Below, piece after piece: positions 30,168 through 38,656 of a DNA stretch of 64,000 bases. Source of the DNA: Deltaproteobacteria bacterium (lineage in GTDB: Bacteria > Desulfobacterota > GWC2-55-46 > UBA9637); assembly GCA_016219285.1 (NCBI GenBank), contig JACRNJ010000051.1, positions 5,620 through 69,619 on the forward strand, given 5' to 3'. The position numbers were made by a program, and so were the translations under genes. The first letter of the stretch is position 1. Every line of letters begins with the position of its first letter. The notes beneath the pieces are model-generated. The model saw only the letters and a list, made by a program, of their open reading frames with translations, had not been told where the DNA came from and did no database searches.

Positions 30168-30767
30168 ATGGCTAAAAAAAAAATACCATCCAGTCAAAAA
30201 CAGCAAAGATTAAGAAAAAAAAGAGGCATCGCCGGCGGAGCTATTCTGACAGTAATCATAACTGCCCTGCTTACAGTGGCGCTTGGAATATATCTCCTGA
30301 CTAAGTATGGCGAAAAACTCCCAACTTTTCTGATTCTACAGAGGCCGGAGATAAAAATAATAAACCTATATTTTTCTAATGACGAGGGTATTGCATTAAA
30401 TGCAGAAAAAAGGAAGATAGTAAAAGGTGGTTTGGTAAAAGAAATTAAACAGAGTCTAGACGCTCTTATCAATGGTCCAAAGGGAAGGCTTATATCTACT
30501 ATTCCTAATGGCACACGACTTCTTGACGTGGAGATTAAAGAAGAAGTTGCGTTTTTGAATTTTAGCAAGGAGATATCAGAGAAACACCCTGGTGGAAGCT
30601 ATGCGGAAGCGCAAACTGTCTATTCAATTGTAAATACAATAACCCTCAACTTCCAGGAAGTAAAAAGGGTACAACTCCTCATACAAGGGAAAAAGGCGAA
30701 GACCCTTGCAGGTCATATAGATATTTCCTTTCCACTTGGATATAACAAAGACTTTATAAAAGGATAA
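30168..30767 (+). CDS. GerMN domain membrane protein
   Basis: N-terminal TM; LYFS, LINGP, IPNGTRL, SIVNTIT, VQLLIQG, LAGHID. Confidence 0.85.
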   Translation: MAKKKIPSSQKQQRLRKKRGIAGGAILTVIITALLTVALGIYLLTKYGEKLPTFLILQRPEIKIINLYFSNDEGIALNAEKRKIVKGGLVKEIKQSLDALINGPKGRLISTIPNGTRLLDVEIKEEVAFLNFSKEISEKHPGGSYAEAQTVYSIVNTITLNFQEVKRVQLLIQGKKAKTLAGHIDISFPLGYNKDFIKG

Positions 30768-30774
30768 TACACCA

Positions 30775-33201
30775 ATGCAAAACAAATTTTTAAAAATACT
30801 AAATGAACGTCCTATCCTCTTTGACGGCGCTACCGGCACAATGCTTCAGAGGCTTGGGCTAAAGCCAGGCGGCTGCCCTGATGAGCTTAATATCACAAAT
30901 CCCATTATGATAAAGACAGTTCACAAAGGATATATGGACGCAGGCTCTGATGTTGTTACAACATGCACATTTGGCGCCAATAGAACCAAGCTAATGGAAT
31001 ATAATCTTGAAAACCAACTCCATGAAATAAATCTCAAGGCAGCGAAAAACGCAAAAGAGGCAGCCGGTGAAGATAAATTTGTTGCAGGCGGACTTGGGCC
31101 AACCGGCAGGTTTTTGGAACCTGTAGGCAACCTGTCATTTGATGAGGCAGTGGATATATTTTCGGAACAGGTTAATGCGCTTGCACAAGGCGGCGCTGAT
31201 TTAATTATCATTGAAACGATGATGGACATAAGAGAGATGAAGGCGGCAATCATTGCTGCGAAGGCATCTGGCCTGCCGGTAGTGGCAACAATGACCTTTG
31301 ATGAGACAATGAGAACGGTGCTCGGCACTCCGCCAGAGGTGTTTGCCATAGTTGCAGAGAGTCTTGGCGCTGACGTTATTGGCGCTAATTGCAGCCTTGG
31401 AATAGAAGGAATCTATAAGGCTGTTAAGGCCATGAGCGGGGTTACAAATCTCCCTTTAATTGCACAGCCTAATGCAGGCATACCGTATCTAAAAGACGGG
31501 AAAACAATATTCCCTGCCAGCCCTTCCGAGATGGCAGACTATGTGCCGAAACTTTTGGATGCAGGCGTCAGGATAATAGGCGGCTGCTGCGGCACAACGT
31601 CGGAGCATATAAAGGAGATGAAGTCAGAAGTCAGAAATAAAAAGTCAGAAATCAAAAGTCAGAAGTCAGAAATAAAATCAACAAGACTTGCAAGCCGCTC
31701 AGGATTTGTAGACTTTGGAAATGGCCGGCCATCTGTAATTGTGGGTGAAAGGATAAACCCGACCGGCAAAAAGCTCTTTCAACAAGAAATCAAAGAAAGG
31801 AAAACATCTACCATCCGTAAAGAGGCAAAGTCTCAGGCTGATGCAGGCGCACATATCCTTGATGTAAATGTCGGAGTGCCTGGAATAGATGAGTCTGCAT
31901 CAATGCAGATGGCGGTCTTTGCAGTTAATGAGAACTGCCAGCTACCCATAGTTCTGGATTCCTCAAGTCTTGAAGCCTTAGAAATAGGTCTAAAGGCAGT
32001 TGACGGGAAGGTGCTGATAAACTCGGTAAGCGGGGAGGAGAAAAAGTTAAGCACAATCCTTCCTCTGGCAAAAAAATACGGAGCTGCTGTGCTCGGCTTG
32101 ACACTGGATGACAATGGGATACCCGCGACGGCAGAAGCAAGGGTTTACATCGCTGAAGCCATATTAAAGAGGGCGCTGGAATGCGGAATTTCAAAATCCG
32201 ATGTTGTAATAGATTGTCTTGCAATGACTGTAAGCGCGGATCAGAAATCTGCAATGGAAACGCTCAAGGCAATAAGGATGGTCAAGGAAAAACTAGGGCT
32301 TTCAACCATCCTCGGTGTAAGTAACATCTCATTTGGCCTTCCAAACAGGGAGATAATAAATGCAAATTTTCTGACAATGGCAATTGAGGCAGGTCTTGAT
32401 GCTGCCATAATCAACCCTCATAATAATTTGATGATGGATGCGTATCATGCTGCGCTTGTGCTGACTGGCTATGATTTGAGGGCAGAGAGATATATAAAGA
32501 GATATGGCCAGAAGTTAGAAGTTAGAAGCCAGAAGTCAGAAGAAAAAGAAGAACCCAAAACAATTGATGAAAAGTTGAAGAAGGCGATTATAGGCGGTGA
32601 TGAGGAAGGGATTGTTGCATTGGTAGAAGAGGCTTTGAAACAAGGATGGGACCCGTTGAAGATAAGCAATGCGGGGCTCATACCTGGACTTGAAGAAGTT
32701 GGACGATTGTTTAATAAAAACATTTACTTTCTGCCGCAGGTTATGCTTTCTGCCGATACCATGAAAAGGGCGTTTGACAGATTGAAAAAAGAGTTTAAAG
32801 GGAAAAAAACACAAAGCATGGGCAAGGTTTTGATGGCAACTGTTGAAGGCGACATTCACGATATCGGGAAGAATATTGTATCCACACTATTAGAAAATCA
32901 TGGTTTTGAAGTCATTGATTTGGGAAAAAATGTCCCTGCCGATAAAATAATACAAGAGGCTGTAAAAAACAATGTGGATGTGGTAGGCCTGTCAGCCCTG
33001 ATGACGACAACGGTTATGGAAATGGATAATGTCATAAAAAGGCTTAAGGCAAAAGGCGTGCCTGTCCTGACCATGGTCGGAGGCGCTGTGGTAAATCAGG
33101 AGTTCGCAGACAAGATAGGCGCAAATGGTTATGCCAAGGATGCGCTGGAGGCGGTTGATAAGGTGAAAAGACTGGTTAAAAAGGAGAAGCAGCATGCATA
33201 A
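30775..33201 (+). CDS. metH: B12-dependent methionine synthase without C-terminal AdoMet reactivation domain
   Basis: DGATGT, GANCS, GGCCGT, GERINPTGK, GDIHDIGKN; 808 aa. Confidence 0.9.
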   Translation: MQNKFLKILNERPILFDGATGTMLQRLGLKPGGCPDELNITNPIMIKTVHKGYMDAGSDVVTTCTFGANRTKLMEYNLENQLHEINLKAAKNAKEAAGEDKFVAGGLGPTGRFLEPVGNLSFDEAVDIFSEQVNALAQGGADLIIIETMMDIREMKAAIIAAKASGLPVVATMTFDETMRTVLGTPPEVFAIVAESLGADVIGANCSLGIEGIYKAVKAMSGVTNLPLIAQPNAGIPYLKDGKTIFPASPSEMADYVPKLLDAGVRIIGGCCGTTSEHIKEMKSEVRNKKSEIKSQKSEIKSTRLASRSGFVDFGNGRPSVIVGERINPTGKKLFQQEIKERKTSTIRKEAKSQADAGAHILDVNVGVPGIDESASMQMAVFAVNENCQLPIVLDSSSLEALEIGLKAVDGKVLINSVSGEEKKLSTILPLAKKYGAAVLGLTLDDNGIPATAEARVYIAEAILKRALECGISKSDVVIDCLAMTVSADQKSAMETLKAIRMVKEKLGLSTILGVSNISFGLPNREIINANFLTMAIEAGLDAAIINPHNNLMMDAYHAALVLTGYDLRAERYIKRYGQKLEVRSQKSEEKEEPKTIDEKLKKAIIGGDEEGIVALVEEALKQGWDPLKISNAGLIPGLEEVGRLFNKNIYFLPQVMLSADTMKRAFDRLKKEFKGKKTQSMGKVLMATVEGDIHDIGKNIVSTLLENHGFEVIDLGKNVPADKIIQEAVKNNVDVVGLSALMTTTVMEMDNVIKRLKAKGVPVLTMVGGAVVNQEFADKIGANGYAKDALEAVDKVKRLVKKEKQHA

Positions 33202-33673
33202 GCTTCCTGCGCTAAAACAACTGGAAGAAGAACTGAAAAAACTGGAGAAGGAACTCAGAATAGATCTGCCCAAAGAGCTAAGAACAGCCGCGGCTCATGG
33301 TGATTTCAGGGAAAATGCTGAATACCATGCCGCAAAGGAGAGGCAGACATTTCTTCAAGCAAGGGTTGCACATTTACATACACGGATAAACGCCCTTGCA
33401 TCAATCAAGTTAGACAGTCTGCCGAGGGATAAGGTTGCATTTGGTTCAAAGGTTTTTTTAGAAGACTTAAATACAGGCGAAGATATTGTGTACGAGCTTG
33501 TTACACCCGAAGAGGTTGACCCAAGAAATGGAAAAATATCCATAGCCTCTCCCATAGGCAAGGCACTTCTGAATAAAAAAGCCGGAGATGAAGCAGCCAT
33601 ACAACTTCCCACAGGGAAAAAAGAATATGAAGTAAAGCGGCTTATTACATTGCATGATATATTAAAAGATTAA
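33194..33673 (+). CDS. greA: Transcription elongation factor GreA
   Basis: AHGDFRENAEYHAAKE, ISIASPIGKAL. Confidence 0.93.
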   Translation: MHKLPALKQLEEELKKLEKELRIDLPKELRTAAAHGDFRENAEYHAAKERQTFLQARVAHLHTRINALASIKLDSLPRDKVAFGSKVFLEDLNTGEDIVYELVTPEEVDPRNGKISIASPIGKALLNKKAGDEAAIQLPTGKKEYEVKRLITLHDILKD

Positions 33674-33715
33674 AACAACCTGTTGATTTCTGACAATATC
33701 GGCAGACATGCTTAA

Positions 33716-33856
33716 ATCAGCCTCCCGCCTTACAAAGACTCCATCTTCCGCGGCGGATTCGGCCATGCATTCAAGAAAGTTGTATGCACCATAAGAAACA
33801 AGGATTGTGACAACTGCCTCCTTAAATCAAAATGTATCTATTCTTATGCGTTTTAA
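33716..33856 (+). pseudogene. cas6: N-terminal fragment of Cas6 with Cys cluster
   Basis: ISLPPYKDSIFRGGFGHAFKKVVCTIRNKDCDNCLLKSKCIYSYAF*; stops on both sides, no start. Confidence 0.8.
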
Positions 33857-33939
33857 ATGACAATAATTAATAAAATAGTTGACAAGCTAACTGCCTTGTT
33901 TTAATATCGTGGAAAAAAATTAGCAGGGGGGATACAATC

Positions 33940-34269
33940 ATGTCTGAAAAACTTTTAAATATTACTGACAAATCGTTTGAACTGGAGGTTTTGAAATCTG
34001 ATATTCCTGTGCTGGTAGACTTTTGGGCTACGTGGTGCGCCCCCTGCAGAGCCATTGCACCGATTATTGAGGAGATGGCAGAGACGTATGCCGGTAAGAT
34101 AAAGGTGGCGAAAATGGATGTTGATGAAAACCCCTCTACCCCCGGCAAGTATGGTGTTAGAGGAATTCCCACATTGATATTATTTAAGAAAGGAGAAGTA
34201 ATAGATCAGGTGGTTGGAGCTGTGCCTAAAAACCAGATAAAGGGGTTTATAGAAAAGGCAATCTCTTAA
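33940..34269 (+). CDS. trxA: Thioredoxin
   Basis: VDFWATWCAPC, GVRGIPTL. Confidence 0.96.
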   Translation: MSEKLLNITDKSFELEVLKSDIPVLVDFWATWCAPCRAIAPIIEEMAETYAGKIKVAKMDVDENPSTPGKYGVRGIPTLILFKKGEVIDQVVGAVPKNQIKGFIEKAIS

Positions 34270-34379
34270 TTATTAAGGATATAACAATTGAATTGACAGG
34301 GATTAGAAAATCTCACCTTGCCCTGAGGTCTTGTATCTAAAATCCCAGATAAACCTATTTTTCGGCAACAATTTAATAA

Positions 34380-34454
34380 GGGCGGTTAACTCAGCGGCAG
34401 AGTGTCACCTTCACACGGTGGAAGCCACTGGTTCAAATCCAGTACCGCCCACCA
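34380..34454 (+). tRNA. tRNA-Val(CAC)
   Basis: Cloverleaf; anticodon loop TTCACAC; GGTTCAAATCC; CCA end. Confidence 0.93.
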
Positions 34455-34508
34455 TAAAAACAGTTCATAGCTGCCGGCTCCAAATGGTAGGCAGCCCTCC
34501 TCAGATTA

Positions 34509-35471
34509 TTAATCCATATCTGCCGCTTCGGCTAAATTCTTCGCAACAATAATTGCGCCATACCTGTCAATTGAATTTGCGGCAACAACTTGTCTCCTTA
34601 ACAATTTGCGTTGAAACGCAACCTCTTTTGCCACAGCATCCGCCATCTTTTTTGAGGTTGTAATAAGTATGCTTGATGCCATCTCATCATGCTCTGCCTG
34701 AGAAAGCAAATCCGCAGCTATCCAGCCGGGCTCGCCAGCGCCGTCATTTATAATTAGTATCTCGCTTGGTCCGGCAACCATATCAATATCCACGATGCCG
34801 AACACAAGCCTCTTTGCAGTCGCAACATAGATATTGCCGGGACCGACAATCTTATCCACCTTTGGGATGGTCTCTGTGCCATACGCAAGGGCAGCAATGG
34901 CCTGGGCTCCGCCTGTCTTATATATTTTGTCAACCCCTGCAATCTCTGCCGCCGCAAGGACATACGGGTTTATCCCGTTCTTGGACGGCGGCGTTACCAT
35001 AACCACCTCTTTAACGCCAGCAGCTTTAGCAGGTATTGCATTCATCAAGACAGTGGATGGGTAAACGGCCTTCCCTCCAGGAACATAGATGCCAACTTTT
35101 TCAATGGGGGTAATCATCTGCCCTAACACAGTTCCATCTCCTTCAGCAAATGCCCACGATTTTGTGAGTTGTCTTTTGTGAAATAACTTTATTCTCTTTG
35201 CGGCAAGTTCCAATATTTTTAAATCATTCATGGGAATCTTTTGCAGCGCTTTTTTGATTCCTCTTTTTTCTACCATCAATTCTTTGCCCTTAAGCCTGAC
35301 GCCGTCAAACTTTTCTGTATACTTCAAAATACTTTTATCGCCATTCTGTTTTACATCTTGCAGAATAGCCTTTACAACCTCCTCCGTACGGCTGGTATCG
35401 GACTCCCCCCTTTTAATGATGGCATCCATGGTTTTCGTAAAACTTTTTTCCTTTGTATAAAATATCTTCAT
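34509..35471 (-). pseudogene. hisD: Histidinol dehydrogenase, 3'-truncated (~320 aa)
   Basis: GIYVPGG, IVGPGNIYV, IDMVAGPSE, SQAEHD; ends AEAADMD* just before the expected APEHL. Confidence 0.85.
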
Positions 35472-35543
35472 GGCTATCACATTATACAAGAGGCAAGAGG
35501 CAAGAGGCAAGGTTTTCTTGCTTCCAACTTCCTGCCTCCGGTT

Positions 35544-36296
35544 TTAACTCCCCATATCTCCAAGCTCATACTGAATAATTGCCGCAACGCTTATGGCTGC
35601 TGTCTCTGCCCTTAATATCCGCGGCCCAAGCGTTACCGTTAAAAAACCTGCCCTTTTTGCCTCGGCTATTTCGTCATCTGAAAACCCTCCTTCAGGACCT
35701 ATTAAAACAACGCATCCTATAAATTTACTTTTCAAAACATCTTTAAGGTTATTTCTCGTTCCCATGCTCTGCGTGAGAACGCCTTCCCACGGGATAATCT
35801 TGCCATACTTATCTCCTACCCTTAGAACCTCTGAAAATGTTTTAAGCTCCTCTATTTTGGGAATAACATTTCTTCCGCATTGTTTTGCCGCCTCAATGGC
35901 TATGTTTTGCCATCTCTGGATTTTATTTGCGCTTCGCATAGTTACCGGTTTTGACACAACCCGTGAAGCAACAAATGGTATAATCCTTGAAACGCCAAGC
36001 TCTGTTGCCTTCTGGATTATCATTTCCATCTTTTCCGGCTTCACAATACCTTGGGCAAGGACTATCTCTATCGGACTTTCTCTTACAACCTCAAGCTGTT
36101 TTTCTATAGCAATGAGCGCATCATCCTTGCCGATAATTTCTATATTGCCTGCAAATTCTCGCCCCTTTCCATCAAACACAATAACCTTATCCCCTTTTTT
36201 TAGACGAAGCACATCCTTCAAATGGTGAAGTTCTTTGCCTGCTAATAAAACTGATTTTTCGTTGCTGCCAGGCTTCTCTATAAAAAATCTCCTCAT
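35544..36296 (-). CDS. rsmE: 16S rRNA m3U1498 methyltransferase
   Basis: HLKDVLRL, KATELGV, EAAKQCGR, IGPEGGF, LGPRILRAETA. Confidence 0.96.
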   Translation of the reverse strand: MRRFFIEKPGSNEKSVLLAGKELHHLKDVLRLKKGDKVIVFDGKGREFAGNIEIIGKDDALIAIEKQLEVVRESPIEIVLAQGIVKPEKMEMIIQKATELGVSRIIPFVASRVVSKPVTMRSANKIQRWQNIAIEAAKQCGRNVIPKIEELKTFSEVLRVGDKYGKIIPWEGVLTQSMGTRNNLKDVLKSKFIGCVVLIGPEGGFSDDEIAEAKRAGFLTVTLGPRILRAETAAISVAAIIQYELGDMGS

Positions 36297-36428
36297 AACC
36301 CCCCTCTTTTGGTAGAATTTAATCCATATCTGTTAATAATATCAAAAATGGCAGGAAATTTATTGATTTCTTTTGCCAGATACGATATATTTATAAAAAA
36401 TAAAATCTATTTTTGAGAAGGAGAATCT

Positions 36429-37043
36429 ATGTTTCTTTGGCGCCAAGGTATTGCTGGCAAATTACCGGTAGCAGTTCTGATGGCATCATTTCTTATTTTT
36501 ACATATTATGCAATATCTCTTTCAGCAGAAAAATCAAAAGGAGACAGTAAAATGGAAAAATTAAAGAACACCCATGCGGTGCTTCAAACAAAATTCGGCA
36601 GTATTGATATAAAATTTTATCCGGATGTTGCCCCAAATCATGTGAAAAACTTTATAAAACTTAGCAAGGAAGGCTTTTATGATGGCACTATATTTCATAG
36701 GGTTATACCAGGTTTTATGATTCAGGGGGGAGATCCTAATACAAAGGGGACTGATAAGAATATTTATGGCACTGGTGGGCCTGGCTACAATGTAAATGCT
36801 GAATTTAATAATATAAGCCATAAGAGGGGCATGGTATCAATGGCGAGGGCGCAACATCCTGATAGCGCAGGGTCTCAGTTTTTTATAGTTGTTAAAGATT
36901 CCCAGTTTCTTGACAACCAGTATACTGTCTTTGGCGAGGTTGTGAAAGGAATGGATACTGCTGATAAAATTGTAAACCTCCCAAGGGATTCAAGAGATAT
37001 TCCCGGTGAAAGGGTTGATATGATAATCAAGATAACAGAGTGA
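36429..37043 (+). CDS. Cyclophilin-type peptidyl-prolyl isomerase
   Basis: FYDGTIFHRVIPGFMIQGGDP, SMARA, SAGSQFF; possible alternative start at 36552. Confidence 0.93.
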   Translation: MFLWRQGIAGKLPVAVLMASFLIFTYYAISLSAEKSKGDSKMEKLKNTHAVLQTKFGSIDIKFYPDVAPNHVKNFIKLSKEGFYDGTIFHRVIPGFMIQGGDPNTKGTDKNIYGTGGPGYNVNAEFNNISHKRGMVSMARAQHPDSAGSQFFIVVKDSQFLDNQYTVFGEVVKGMDTADKIVNLPRDSRDIPGERVDMIIKITE

Positions 37044-37146
37044 TGAGAGATTTCCTTTAATCTGTTCCGTAAAAATCAAAAGTAGACATTTGGGAAAAAT
37101 CAAAAGTAGACATCAGGGGTAAATCACAGGTAATATTCACAGATGT

Positions 37147-38628
37147 CTAAACATGGCATAGAAAACACTCTCTTGCAAACCCTTCTGCAAATCTGAGATT
37201 GCTTGCAAAATGCAGATGGATATAGCTGGCAAGGGTGTTTTTGTAGAGATAACCCTCTTTCATTGGGATGTGTGATGTGGCGGGCGCCCTCTGGGCGCGG
37301 ATGTGGTAAACCCTCTTAATCTTTTTAGATGGTTCTTCTATCTCTGAATAATGATATTCATGGCCGCGCATCGTCTGTCCTTTGCTTAAAAACGGGCAGC
37401 CATCAACAACCTGTATCTCCCTGTATCCCAATGATTTCCTTTTTTCAAGCATCCGTGAAACCCATGGAAACACGCCAACCATTTTATACATTTCCCCTTT
37501 TAAATCCTTCAACGCATTTCCAAGATACATAAGCCCGCCGCATTCAGCATAGATTGGAAGCCCTTTCTCTGCAAGGTTTTTAATATGCTGTCTGATCGCT
37601 TTGTTGGCTTCAAGTTTTTTTGCAAAAAGTTCAGGATACCCGCCGCCGAGATATATACCATTTATGTCAGCAGGCAGTCTTTTATCCTTCAAGGGGCTGA
37701 AAAATACAAGTTCGGCGCCAAGTTGCTTTAACATATCCAGATTTTCCTGATAGTAAAAACAAAAGGCGTTGTCCAGGGCAACAGCAATTTTTACAATTCC
37801 GATTTCCGATTCCCGATTCCCGATTTTAAATCTTGAATCTTGAACCTTGAATCTTGAATCTATTTTCAATATTCTATCAATATCAACAAACCTTTCTATT
37901 ATGCCTTCAAGTCTTTTTAATCTTGTATCTTGCATCTTGCATCCTGCATCTTTAGGCATTACCAGCCCCAGATGCCTTTCAGGCAGGATTATTTCTTCAT
38001 CCCGCGGAATATAGCCCAACACCTTTGCCTTGCACTTTGCCTCTACAGCATGTTTCAGCATTTTAAAATGCCTTTTGCTTCCAACCTTGTTGAATATAAC
38101 CCCTGCAATCTTTACATTTGGGTCAAACCTCTCATAACCATAAACCAATGCGCCGGCGCTCCTTGCCATGCTTCTGGCGTCAACAACTAATATAACAGGA
38201 ATGTCTAAAACCTTTGCCACATGGGCTGTACTTCCTTGTTCGTCATTGCCGTCTTTTCCGTCAAAGAGCCCCATGACGCCTTCAATGATGCCAATTGAAA
38301 AATCACCCCTCACCCTATCCCTCTCCCGCAAGGGGAGAGGGAACTTATTATATCCCCTCCCTTGATGGGAGGGGATAAAGGGGAGGGTGAAATGTTGTAT
38401 TGCCTTTGCAAATGTCCTTTGAACCCCGTCAACTCCCATCATCCATGTATCAAGGTTATATGACGGCCTCCCGCATACCGCCTTATGATAGCCCGGATCA
38501 ATATAGTCAGGTCCTACTTTGAATGGTTGAATAACCATCCCTCTTTTGCGGAGCGCTGCCATAAGACCAATAGCAATGGTGGTTTTACCAACCCCGCTAT
38601 GGGTTCCCGCTACTATGAAAGCCTTCAT
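37147..38628 (-). CDS. cobB: Cobyrinate a,c-diamide synthase with several repeat-derived insertions
   Basis: GTHSGVGKTT, FKVGPDYIDP, EGVMGLFDG, ERHLGL, AECGG, GHEYHYS. Confidence 0.93.
   Translation of the reverse strand: MKAFIVAGTHSGVGKTTIAIGLMAALRKRGMVIQPFKVGPDYIDPGYHKAVCGRPSYNLDTWMMGVDGVQRTFAKAIQHFTLPFIPSHQGRGYNKFPLPLRERDRVRGDFSIGIIEGVMGLFDGKDGNDEQGSTAHVAKVLDIPVILVVDARSMARSAGALVYGYERFDPNVKIAGVIFNKVGSKRHFKMLKHAVEAKCKAKVLGYIPRDEEIILPERHLGLVMPKDAGCKMQDTRLKRLEGIIERFVDIDRILKIDSRFKVQDSRFKIGNRESEIGIVKIAVALDNAFCFYYQENLDMLKQLGAELVFFSPLKDKRLPADINGIYLGGGYPELFAKKLEANKAIRQHIKNLAEKGLPIYAECGGLMYLGNALKDLKGEMYKMVGVFPWVSRMLEKRKSLGYREIQVVDGCPFLSKGQTMRGHEYHYSEIEEPSKKIKRVYHIRAQRAPATSHIPMKEGYLYKNTLASYIHLHFASNLRFAEGFARECFLCHV
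38303..38391. repeat. Double-hairpin palindromic element inserted in frame in cobB
   Basis: ccctctcccgcaaggggagaggg and tcccctcccttgatgggagggga hairpins; encodes FTLPFIPSHQGRG...PLPLRERDRVRG. Confidence 0.85.
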
Positions 38629-38656
38629 ACTTTTCACTTTCCCCAGAAATCAAAAT

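Noticed and set aside
30775-33201. metH as a truncated pseudogene
   Set aside because: Forms of about 800 aa lacking the reactivation domain are an established architecture, and the stop is coupled to greA.
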